Below, in pieces: positions 27,681-39,049 of a stretch of DNA of 64,000 nt. The DNA comes from Chiloscyllium plagiosum (Eukaryota): assembly GCF_004010195.1 (NCBI RefSeq), contig NC_057746.1, positions 11,930,236 to 11,994,235 of the forward strand, in the 5' to 3' direction. The translations under genes and the position numbers were made by a program. The number at the start of each line of letters is the position of its first letter. Positions within the stretch are counted from its first letter, which is position 1. The notes below the pieces were generated by a model, which was not told the origin of the DNA, ran no database searches, and saw only the letters and a program-made list of their open reading frames with translations.

Positions 27681-29419
27681 CATGCCTTTGATAGTGTGAG
27701 TTGTTCTTGAGGGGCTTTGAACATAAATTATTCAATTTACCGGTGATGGTTAGGAGCTGAAAATAAAGATACTATGGGGGACTTGGCGATGGGAAATAAA
27801 AAGGTACATTGCGTGGAAAGAAAATTCTGGATATAAACAATAATTTAAAATAACGAACTCCATTCTGTCTGCTCAGGTCTTGCCTACACCGCTGTACCTT
27901 CAGAGTATTTTCCTTTTATTTTGATTAGTTCAATTTTATCTCACCCGCTGTATTGTACTTGTCAACCATTTGTTAACGGGTGTTTGCCGTTTCAGAATGT
28001 AGATTGCCTTATCGTATACATTGACAGAGTTCAGTGTTTGGAGTCCTTGTTGGTTCAACGTGTGCTTTGGTCTATAATGCAAAATTACTGAAAAATATTA
28101 ATCGCAATTTAAGGTAAAATGTTAGTACAGTTTCAGAACAGCTAAGAGGATCAGTTTTGTCAAAGGAGTTGTGGGAAAGGACATTGAAATCAGCAGGGGT
28201 TCCAGAACTTCTGATCTCTGCCTTCTCTCATGGAAATCAACTTGTGATTTATAATTTTTGAGGATTGTTTTTCATTAATATCGGTGTGTCAGATAGATCT
28301 CAGACTCAGGGAGGTGTGACGTGCTTCTTTGTTTTGTGATGAACTCAGAGGAACATACAATAGTAAGGGTGTAAACCCAAAGGGGTGAAGGAGCAGAGGA
28401 TCCTCCGTGTACATGTGCACAAATCAGGGAATGTACCATGACACGTGTACAGAAGAGCAAATAAACCCTACTTCAAATACGCTGTAGAGAACAAATGCAA
28501 AGCACTGATTTATAATAAAACAGTCGCTTGTCTCACCTGGAATATGGCATCCAGTTTCAGGTGCCACATTTTTGCAAAAGTGCAGTTATGAGATTGGGTA
28601 TGTGACTGATTCACAACACTATTCCCGGGATGATATACCTCATCATCTCTGAGAAATTGGGACTGTTCTCCTCTGCTGATAGTTTCCAGACTCTGTTAAC
28701 AGTTGCTATGATTGGTTCTCAATTCCATCTTGCGTCATATAGATCCCAATGGCTGAATATTTACTTATGAGCTCTGCCTTGCCTGATCAACATCGACCTC
28801 TGATTTGTTATTTTTGAGGGTTGCTGTTCATTAATATCCCTGTATCAGATATATCTCAGTCTCATTTCCTGGGATTTGACAGGTGTGGCGTTTCAAATAG
28901 ATCCCAGGAATTGTGCTCCCTGAGATTTATGTGTGAGAAAACCTCCAGTTCTGAGAATCCGCCTTTGGATTGTACATGTGTTGTGTCTGAATACCTGACT
29001 GAACGTTAACAGTTTTGGCTGATGTATGTTTCGTTGGGCGCTTTAGGTGGTGATTTCTGCATTACTAACCCAGGCTATCCCGACATTGGGAGTACTTTTA
29101 GTTTAGACTTTCCAACTCCGCTGCCTGCTTTTTATAGGCTTCTGGTGGAGCCTATAAAATTATCATTACGTGACCCGAGGCCGTGACACTTTGTGCAAAA
29201 GAGGAAATGTTCTCCAATCATTCTGCCTCTAGCGTGTTCCATCAGGCATATGATGTGAAAGATGCATTTACATTAGTGGGCTGCATGGTAGCGCAGCATT
29301 AAACTGAATGTCTGGATAAAATACAACCAAACAGAACAAGTGAAAGCATTTGGTTGGGAAAGGAGATGGATGAGGAAACTGTATTATTACTGACTGGGCT
29401 TGAAGAAAGAATTAAGCAT

Positions 29420-29876
29420 ACTCAAGGTTAGTGCATATTTATTCGAGATTAATTAACCATTTCAGAAAGCAGTTTTATCCAAAAGGTTGATGTAAAAGTG
29501 AACAGAAGTGAATATAATGGCTGAATGCTACATTGAGACGAGAACACATGCGCTGTGAGCGGGGAATTTTCGTCACAAGAAAGGAATACAAAGGCTCATC
29601 ATAAAGGTTACGCAACTGTTCTGAATAAGGAACAAATAAAAACAAAACAAATAGGCTTCAAACAGCTGGGAAGCTACAAATTCTTCCAACCACAACCATC
29701 TCAACGATATCAAAGTAAAAAGGAAAATCCATCAATAATTGTCTCAGTTACACGCTGATAAACGGAAGTGATATCACTGTTAGAGTCAGTAACAGGACAG
29801 ATTGTCGATTGGGAGTTCAGAGACCTTGATAAGCAGAGCAGGGAAATCAAAGGGGTCCACAATTCGTTAACTTAAC
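29420..29876 (-). pseudogene. IGHM: IgM TM2 exon (VK..) plus 3' UTR
   Basis: Strong acceptor TCTCTCTTTTCCAG|GTT AAG after a 137-nt intron. AATAAA on the minus strand at 29438-29443. Confidence 0.75.
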
Positions 29877-30013
29877 CTGGAAAAGAGAGATAAAGCAATG
29901 AAGAATTTGTTTATAATCAGGGACTTTCAGATTTTTTTTATTCAATAGCACACTTAAGGATTTCACAAAACATATTGGGCTGTTTGACATGTGAAAGATG
30001 TGATCATTCTCAC

Positions 30014-30084
30014 CTTCACCAGACTAACGGCTATAGAAAATACTCAGGAAGAACAAGGTGATGCACGTGGAAGCAGTTGTCCAG
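30014..30084 (-). pseudogene. IGHM: IgM TM1 exon, 3' part (WTTASTCITLFFLSIFYS^AVSLVK)
   Basis: CART-type transmembrane motif; donor AAG|GTGAGA. An apparent 5-nt deletion after FYS shifts the frame. The 5' part is in the gap. Confidence 0.85.
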
Positions 30085-30584
30085 NNNNNNNNNNNNNNNN
30101 NNNNNNNNNNNNNNNNNNNNNNNNNNNNNNNNNNNNNNNNNNNNNNNNNNNNNNNNNNNNNNNNNNNNNNNNNNNNNNNNNNNNNNNNNNNNNNNNNNNN
30201 NNNNNNNNNNNNNNNNNNNNNNNNNNNNNNNNNNNNNNNNNNNNNNNNNNNNNNNNNNNNNNNNNNNNNNNNNNNNNNNNNNNNNNNNNNNNNNNNNNNN
30301 NNNNNNNNNNNNNNNNNNNNNNNNNNNNNNNNNNNNNNNNNNNNNNNNNNNNNNNNNNNNNNNNNNNNNNNNNNNNNNNNNNNNNNNNNNNNNNNNNNNN
30401 NNNNNNNNNNNNNNNNNNNNNNNNNNNNNNNNNNNNNNNNNNNNNNNNNNNNNNNNNNNNNNNNNNNNNNNNNNNNNNNNNNNNNNNNNNNNNNNNNNNN
30501 NNNNNNNNNNNNNNNNNNNNNNNNNNNNNNNNNNNNNNNNNNNNNNNNNNNNNNNNNNNNNNNNNNNNNNNNNNNNNNNNNNNN
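30085..30584. other. Assembly gap (exactly 500 N)
   Basis: N run. The other gaps are 24485-25270 and 58397-58805. Confidence 0.99.
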
Positions 30585-30702
30585 TCGGATGCATCATTAA
30601 TGCACCCAACGATGTTTGTTCATTACCAATCAAAGCCTACAATTGATGTAACTGGATCTGGATTACACATGGGATCCTTTGTGCTTTAATCTCACCGCTC
30701 AC

Positions 30703-31011
30703 CTTTCTCCTTGTGGATGGAGTCTCTCAGCGGAGTCGGTAGATTCTGATGGTACACCACACATTCAAAAGTAACGCCACTCAGCCAGGCTTCAGTAGAA
30801 ATGTCTAATTTGCTGATCACGCTGCCGGGATTCTGTCCAGGTTGGTCAGCAATCTCTGATTTCAAAGGCTTCTTTTCTTGTGTCCAGGTTACGTTGATGC
30901 CAGAATGAAGATTAGACACAACGCAGGTTAACATCACCGTCGCCTCCAGTAAGACTTGTTCTACTGGCGGTGGGAGGATTTTAACAGTGTTCGCGTGGCA
31001 CTCGGTATCTT
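30703..31011 (-). CDS. IGHM: IgM CH3 exon, intact ([60 protein letters not shown])
   Basis: 309-nt open exon, both Cys and the Trp present, canonical AG/GT, phase 1-1. Part of the pseudogene. Confidence 0.93.
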
Positions 31012-32960
31012 CTATGAAACAAAAATCAAAGACAATTAAAAATATCTCTTTATGATTAAAGCACCTAATCTTCAGATTACTTCTTCACAGGGTGAAGACA
31101 CCACCTTCAAAATGGCAACTCCAACCATTGCTGAAACGATGCTTATTATTGTTGATTTGTTTTGATTTGTGAAATCATTTGTGATTACCTCTGACATAGC
31201 CGGTGTAAATATTCCATAAGAACACTGACTTTGTAACAAGTGAAACCTGTGAAAAAAGTAAAATCATCATGTAACCCATGGAGTTACCTTTCTTTCAGAG
31301 TTTGTCTCTCACTTAACACGATCTATTGATGCTTGTGACAAGAGTAATCTAAATATAATGAGTTCATTTCCATGTTCGTAATCCTTACGTGCAAATGCTG
31401 CTGGTCACGCTGACTGCAAAATCACATCACAAATTTTGGACAAATTATAATAAATAATAATTATTCTCTTTGTAGAGTTCTAAAGAGTTACAGGAGTGGT
31501 GAACAACCATGGAAATTATGTTCATTATGTTTAAAGTAACTGAAAATGCTTTGCGTTATTGGTCATTCCCTAATTTATGTCATTGTACCTCGTGGACTGA
31601 GTTTGGAATAGATTGAAAACAAGACACTGAGTACAGAATTGGATATCGAGAAGGACACCCATCTCCTTAAGTCTTTCCCTCCAATCAGTTAGGTCATAAC
31701 TGCTCTGTACTTTCACTTTATTTACCAAGCTGCATTTTTAAATTTCTTCATAGAACAGGGGAGAAAGAAAACAAGCAAAAGTGTCTTAAATTAATCTACA
31801 AATGCGATGGAAACGTGCACTAATCTTATATACATCCACTACTCACTGTGTAAACATCGCCACCCCACACCAGGCTAACTCAGCCTGCCTCGAGTTCCTA
31901 GCCCATTCATCCCTGTTGTAGCATTCTTACCAGAATGTATTCTCCTGCCTCAGCCACGAATTACAGAAAGCATCTTAAAGAAGCTCAGTGAGATCATGTT
32001 TATCCCTGTTAATCAAATGTGATACCCACTTGGTCTGTGGTCTAATTCAATAAATGAAGTTAAAGAACTCAGTACCAGATAAAAAAATCGATGTCGTACA
32101 ATGTCCAAGCCCGACAGGTCATTCCTGAGCAGGGAATGAAGCATTGAACGCATTTTGATTTATTTTCAAGTAAAGGTCACAGCATATTTTAATCACGTCA
32201 TTTTGAGACCACAATATCATAAGGTAGAGTATCAGAATAAGGCTCTTCGGCCAATCCAGAGTTTAGATCAGAAAGATGCTGGAAAGGCACAGCAGGTCAG
32301 GCAGCATCCAAGGAGCAGGAAAATCGACATTTCGGCCAAAGCCATTCTACTGTCTTCTCCCCATACTAAACAAGAGTTGATCTCTCTCTGGCTTCAATAC
32401 ACACAATGGCGCGGCCTCCACAGCCCTCTGCAGCAACAAGTTCCACAGATTCAACACCGTCTGGCTGAAGAAATTCCTCCCCATCTCAGTTCGAAACGGT
32501 GCCCCTTTGACGCTAAGACTGTGCCCTTGGGTCCTAGTCTCACCTACCAGTCAAAACATCTATTCCACGTTCACTCGACCTCAGTCTCTCAGTATTTTCT
32601 ATGTTTCAATCAGATATCTCTCCAATATCCCCCTCCACCCAAAACTTATCCTTGCCGCGGCTACCAGCCAAGGATTCAGCACTCTGAATGCCTCTCCCAG
32701 CATGGTCAGGCAACAAACGATTTAACAAAGCTCACTGTCTATATATCTATCTTCAACAGAGGGGAAACCTGCTTTTCTGACGTGCCAAAAGGTTGAATTA
32801 TGAGCAATGCTAATGTAACACTCAAACTGAAATGAGATAGGTGGCAAGATTGGGAAATGAGAAGCTGTACTGTGCTGTTTACTACGCCTGATAAATTAGT
32901 GTGTTTGATTCACATCAGAGTTCAGAATGATTTGTAGCTCTCTCAGTGTGTGTCTCTTAC

Positions 32961-33251
32961 CCTGGAGTGTGGTGATGTTTTTACTTTGAATGTTCCCTCC
33001 ATGAGTGGCCTGGCAGGTATAGACTGCGCTGTTGAACCATTCACCATAAGGGACCATCAGCCGACTCGTCACCGAGTCGTTCCCGTTTGCCTCACACACG
33101 GGAGACGTGAAGAAGCCAGAATCCAAGCGTCGGCCAATTTTCAACCAAATCACGGAGATTGACTTCGGATGGAAATCGATGGTTGCAAACTTGCTGCTTG
33201 CGATTTCTTCACTGGAGCTCACAGTAAGGAAAAGAGTTGGTTGGAGAATGT
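32961..33251 (-). pseudogene. IGHM: IgM CH2 exon ([21 protein letters not shown]^[26 protein letters not shown])
   Basis: 291 nt, phase 1-1 using acceptor TCCAG and donor GTAAGA. An in-frame loss of about 5 codons removes the first canonical Cys (expected ..IVCSIxDF..). Confidence 0.9.
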
Positions 33252-33369
33252 CTGGACCCTTAGGAACCACATTGCATAAATTATCTGACGAATTTCATAA
33301 CAAATACAATCAGTTCTCATATATCAAGGGTTCTTGTGGTTAATGGATACAAGAATCATAATTGTACAG

Positions 33370-36300
33370 AGTGCTGGAGAAGCTGGGATCCACACAGATA
33401 GATCAGCAGGACAATATGAAAGGCTAAAATTATAGGACAGAGCAAGGGAGTCAAGGAAGCATAGAAACTATAGGCCGGTTAAATCAAAAGGGAGATAGCA
33501 ATGTTGGATGGTATACGTTTTAATGACAGAGTCTGATGAACAAGCAGATGAATTATCGTCATAAATGAGGAAATTATACGGTTGCTATCACGGAGACATA
33601 TTGAGAGCGGGGCAGGAATGGCTATTCAATATTCCTGGATTTAGTCATGTCAGGCGAGACAGGGAAAGATGGAAGAGAATGGGGGCGGAGGTGTGCTGTA
33701 CAGAATGTTTCTTCTGTCGCAATTCTGACAAGAGTATTTTAGGCTGTAAAGAAAAATGAAATCATGGATACCTCCTCGAACGACGGCAAATGGAGAGTAC
33801 TTCAAAACAAAAATACAACAAGCATAATTACTGGGAGATGGAAATGTGTTGCTGGAAAAGCGCAGCAGGTCAGGCAGCATCTAGGGAACAGGAGAATCGA
33901 CGTTTCGGGCATTAGCCCTTCTTCAGGAATTACTGGGAGAGCACGATAGACCTTACTATAGGTCCAAAAGACCAAGTGCAGATACATGGGCAAATTTCAG
34001 AGAAACGTAAATTAAATAGGGGAATGAGAAAAGAGGTTTTTAACTTCCTCAGCAAATGCTTGGATATTCATTTTTGACAAAAGTTTAGAGGGAGCAGAAT
34101 TCTGAAAATGCCCCCAGGAGAATATTTTTACAAACTATGTGTTTAATACAGAGAATCTTAATCCAGACCATGCAAGAGAGGGGCGAACCCTAGACTTTAC
34201 TTTAGGGAATGAAGTCAATGAAAACATCAATGGAAAGTGCAGACAGTGATCATAAATCGGTTGGATTCCAGATTGTTCTGGAAAGGGATAAAAATTGGCC
34301 CAAAGTTCTGAAGGGGGAAGGACAATGTTAATAAGATCAGGTAATGATTTGACCAGAGTGAACTGGAAGCTGGCACTTACTGGCAAATCTAAATCAGAGC
34401 AGTGTAACACATTGAAGAAAGAAATAAGAAAGAAATAAAAACAGAGAGGTCATTTCCCAGGAAGCCACTGCGTGGGACCAAGAATGTAGCGGGCTCTGGA
34501 AACCAAAGGGCATGGAGGGTGAGATAAAGAGCAACAAGGGAGACGTCCGGTCTATCCTGAAATCTCAAAACAATAGAAACTATTATGGAGTACAGAACGT
34601 GCAAGGGGGAGTTTGAAAGAAAGTGGTATTAGGAGAGCAAAAGGGACCATGAGAAAATAATAGCAGTCAAAATGCAGGAAAATACTTCAAAAAGTTACAG
34701 GCTCATTCATAATAAAAGAATAATTCGGGAAACAGTAATGCCCATTAAATGTTATTACTGGAGTCGAGCCGACGGATTAGGTTGTGGTCGAAACAAACAC
34801 CTGGAATATTGTATGCAGTTCTGATCTCCAAATTTGAGGAAAGAAATTCTGAATATTGAGGGAGTGCAGCGTAGGTTCACGACGTCAATTCCTGGAATGG
34901 CGGGACTATCTTATGTTGAAAGATTGGAGTGACTGGGCTTGTATACCCTTGAGTTTAGAATGCTGAGAGGGGATCTGATTGAGACGTATAAGATTATTAA
35001 AGGATCAGACACTCTGGAGGCAGGAAACCGATGGGTGTTTCCGCTGATGGGTGAATTCCGAACCAGAGGACACAGCTTAAAACTAAGGGGTAGGCCATAT
35101 AGGACAGAGATGAGGAGAAACGTCTTCACCCAGAGAGTGGTGGGTGTGTGCAATGCTCTGCCCCAGAAGGCAGTGGAGGCCCAGTCTCTGGATTCGTTTA
35201 AGAACGAGTTGGATAGAGCTCTCAAGGATAATAGAATAAAGTGTTATGCGGATAAGACAGGAACAGGATACTGATTGAGGATCGTCAGCCAAGATCATAA
35301 TGAATGGTGGTGCAGGCTCGAAGGGCAGAATGGCCTACTCCTGCATCTATTAAATATTGTGTTGTTTCAATGTTCACTAGTAAGAGGGACAATGTGGGGG
35401 CAGAAATCATGGAGGAGTGGTGTGATGTACGTTTGGAAATTAGGACACATGATGTGATGTTCTGTGTTATCTTGCTGGATGAAAAGCGGTTATATTTCCA
35501 GGGCAGATTAAATGTATACCAAACTGTTGAGTGATGCAAAGGATGAAATAGTTGAGTCGCTGACAATAATTTAGAATTGCTGTCTGGCCACAGCAGTTGC
35601 GCTGAGTGTAGATCAGCCAATGTTGCACTGTTATGCAGGACGAAGGAAGGGACAAACAATGAAAACACAGATCTGTCAAGCTACTCTAAGTGGTAGGGAA
35701 ACTATTGGAACTATTGAGAAGCGGAATTAGTCTTGATTTGGAAGATCAATCAACAATTTGCAGCACGGTTTTATTGAGAGGAAGTCATGTGTAACAATTT
35801 GATGGTAGTTTTCAGAGAGATAACTCGATGTCCAGATGATAGCAATAATTAGAGCCAATGGGATCCGAGTTAATTTGACAGATTGGATCTAGAACTGGCT
35901 GAGTGGTGGGAGCAGGGGATAATGGTAATAGGGCGTCTGCGTGACTGGAAATCTATGTCTCGTGGTGTTCTGCAGGGATTGGTGTTGATTTCCTTGCTGT
36001 TTTTCTTATATACCAATGATTGAGACTCGAATGTAGGAGGGTTAACCAGTAAATTCACAGATGAAAGGAAACTTGTCACGTTGGTAAGTCGTGAGCATAA
36101 TAGCTTTAGCTTGCAGGAGGATATACAAAGGTTGGTTATATATGAAGAGAATTTGCAAATGAAAATCATTCTGGATAAATGCAAAGTGGTGTAATTCGGC
36201 AGAATAAAATGTGAGGTATTACGTTTTGAATGGTGGAACTCTGGAAAGGACTGAGGATCTTTGGTGTACGTAACCACCAATCCCCTATAGTACTGTGTCG

Positions 36301-37960
36301 TCTGGATAAAGAGGCTAAGAAGGTGGAGAAGTTATTTTCTTTTATTAGCCGAGACATTGCCAATGCAGAGTAGGGAGATGATACTGGAACTTAATCAAAC
36401 ACAGGTTAGGCCATACTGAAGTGTTGTGTGCATGTTCTTTAAGGACCTACAGTGTTATACATTGGGTGCAGTTTGCTGTCCTGGTGATTTGTGCTGTTTC
36501 AGTGACAATGTTTACAAGAAAATCTAAGGTAGGAATCATGTACAGTGCTGAGTCCTCTACTTTTTGTCATTTACATAAATGATTTGAATGCGAGCGAAGA
36601 GGGTTACCTCAGATTGCAACAGGATCTTGACCAGATGGGCTAATGGGCTTAGAAATGAGAGATGGAGTTGAATTCAGACAAATGCGAGGTGCTGCATTTT
36701 GGGAAAGCAAATCTTAGCAGGACTTATACACTTAATGGTAAGGCCCTAGGGAGTGTTGCTGAACAAAGAGGACTTGGAGTGCAGGCTCATAGCTCCTTGA
36801 AAGTGGAGTTGCAGAGAGATAGGTTAGTGAAGAAGGCGTTTGGCATGCTTTCCTTTTTTTGAGTACAGGAATTGGGAGGTCATGTTGTGGCTGTACAGGA
36901 CATTAGTTAGGCCATTGTTGGAATATTGAAAGCAATTCTGGTCTCCTTCCTATCGGAAAGTTGTTGTGAAACTTGAAAGGGCTCAGAAAAGATTTACAAG
37001 GTGTGGCCAGGGTTGGAGGATTTGAGCTATAGGGAGAGGCTGAACAGGGTGGTGTTGTTTTCCCTGGCGCATCAGAGGCTGAGGGGTAACCTTATAGAGG
37101 TTTACAAAATTATGACGGATATGGATAGGGTAAATAGGTAAAGTCTTTTCCCTGGGGTCGGGGAGTTCAGAACTAGTGGGCATAGGGATATGGTGAGAGG
37201 GGAAAGATATAAAAGAAACCTAAGGGGCAACGTTTTCGCACAGAGAATGTTACATGTATGGATTGACCTGCCAGTGGAAGTGGTGGAGGCTGGCACAATT
37301 GCAACGTTTCAGAGGCATTTGGATGCGTATATAAATAGGAACAGTTTGGAACGATATGTGCCGGGTGCTTGCAGGTGGGAATGGATTGGGTTGGGATAAC
37401 TGGTCGGAATAGACGGGTAGGACCGAAGGGTTTATTTCCATGCTGTACATCTCTATGACTCTATGAATGTGTTTACATGAAGGTAGCATTGATGAGATTT
37501 GCAAAGATTTTGCCTGAGTTGGAGGATTTTAATTATGAAACTAGATTAGATAGACGTGGGTTTTCCTTTGATCAGAGGAGAAACAGGGAGAAGATTATCA
37601 TGATGTCTGTAATTATTTTAGGCATAGATAGGGTAAACTGGACGAAACCTTTCCCCTTGATGGAGAGATCAATGACTCAGGCGCACAGGGTGAATATCAG
37701 GCCAGGAGGTTTAGAGTGGGATCTTGTGGTTAACAAAATCAAACAGAAGGTGGTGTGAGTCTGGAGCTCAGTGCCTATAAGTCATGTAGAGACTGAGCCC
37801 CTCATAATAAGCATGAAGTAATTAGAGGCATACTTGCAAAGGCAAGTCATTCACAGCAATGGATCAAGTGCTGGACCATGAGATTGGAATAGTTAGGTGG
37901 CTGTTATTGATAGGCGTGTACTGGATCGACCAAAGGGCCTTTCTCTTGTGCTGTATAAGG
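33370..37960 (+). mobile_element. Nested pile of CR1 LINE fragments in the CH1-CH2 intron (younger 3' ends at about 34790-35370 and 36520-37465)
   Basis: RGDLIETYKI and FTQRVV C-terminal ORF2 motifs; degenerate endonuclease and RT sequence. Confidence 0.8.
33899..33926 (-). ncRNA. Minimal hammerhead ribozyme motif in a Penelope-derived short repeat (33835-33930)
   Basis: Minus strand CTGAAGA-A-GGGC-TAAT-GCCC-GAAAC-GTC. Confidence 0.75.
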
Positions 37961-38044
37961 TGATTCAGTGAAAACTGTTACAAATAATGCCTTATTCATA
38001 TTAATCCCAGATGCTCTGCTTATCTCAGTTTCCACAACACTCAT

Positions 38045-38350
38045 CTGGACATGGCATTTCTTTGCTCTTGTGTGACCCGCTGTGTTGGACGTCACAGTTG
38101 ATTTTGCTGGGGCAACTTACCGCTGACTCGGGCAGGGTTAACTGGCCGCTCAGTATGTAGGTTCCCTTCTGGTTTTTCGCTGATGGGTAAGTCTTCAATC
38201 CAGTCGTGATTAGCTCCCCACCTTTCTTCCAGGTTACCTTGGTGACGTCAGTGGAATAGTACATCGCCAAACAACCAAAGATCACAGAACCGGTGATGTG
38301 CTCCTGACAGGGGGAGACCAGACCATAAAGCGTGGGGGTAAACGGTGTCT
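38045..38350 (-). pseudogene. IGHM: IgM CH1 exon (ETPFTPTLYGLVSPCQ..IFGCLAM..VTWKK..YPS..INCDVQH..MPCP)
   Basis: Open 306-nt phase 1-1 exon with C1-set Cys/Trp/Cys. Acceptor TTGTAG is intact; donor is mutated (CCAG|ATGAGT). Confidence 0.93.
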
Positions 38351-38689
38351 CTACAATAGAATGACCAATTGAGCATGTTAGTTTCTGTTAATTTGACCTT
38401 ATCAGTTACTCAATTGTATCATCAGCTGTAAACGTTTGCCAGTATGTTCCCGCTGAAGTCTACAGCATAAATGGTTTTGTTTTTGTTTCCTACCAGTTGC
38501 TGATGATGATCATTGGTTCCCTCTTTATAAACATGCCCTCGACCTTGACCATTGCCATATAATTTTGGAAGAAGAACATCCTGATCCCACCCCAGTAACT
38601 GTTTGAAGATTACACTTTCTCTGGATTGCAAGTGATGAGCGGAGTGGTTTCACAAAATACCAACGAAGGAAATGCAGATTCATCGAAAT

Positions 38690-38985
38690 TTAATAGTGTT
38701 TGCAAACAGGCTATTTTACCCAACGAGTCCACACCCACCCTCTGAAAAGTAACGCATCCAGACCGATTCGCCAACCCTATTACTCTACATTTAACCCTGA
38801 CTAATGCACCTAACCTCTCAATCCCTGAGCACAACATTTGCAATTCCTACATCTTTGGACTGTGGGAGGAAATGCACACAGACATCGGGCGAAAGTGCCA
38901 ACTCCACAGAGAGGCTGGAATCGAACCGAAGTCCCTAGCACGATGAGGCAACAACGCTAACCACGGAACCAGCGTGCTGCCCCAC
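38690..38985 (-). mobile_element. Diverged HE1-like SINE
   Basis: tRNA head, core and tail recognisable. Confidence 0.75.
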
Positions 38986-39049
38986 TAGGTACCGTGCTGC
39001 TGGAGATACCAAACAGCTGGCAGTACCCCCAGAGAGAAATCAGAGTGAA

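Noticed and set aside
38025-38044. CH1 read-through giving a DECCGN-stop tail (Fd-like secreted chain)
   Set aside because: It arises only from the mutated donor, and upstream leader, V and J lesions preclude a protein.
33251-38121. Cryptic phase-0 donor GCG|GTAAGT in CH1 pairing with an upstream phase-0 AG at CH2 (33259-33260)
   Set aside because: In frame on paper, but there is no transcript evidence and the gene is dead upstream. The phase-1 TCCAG acceptor explains CH2.
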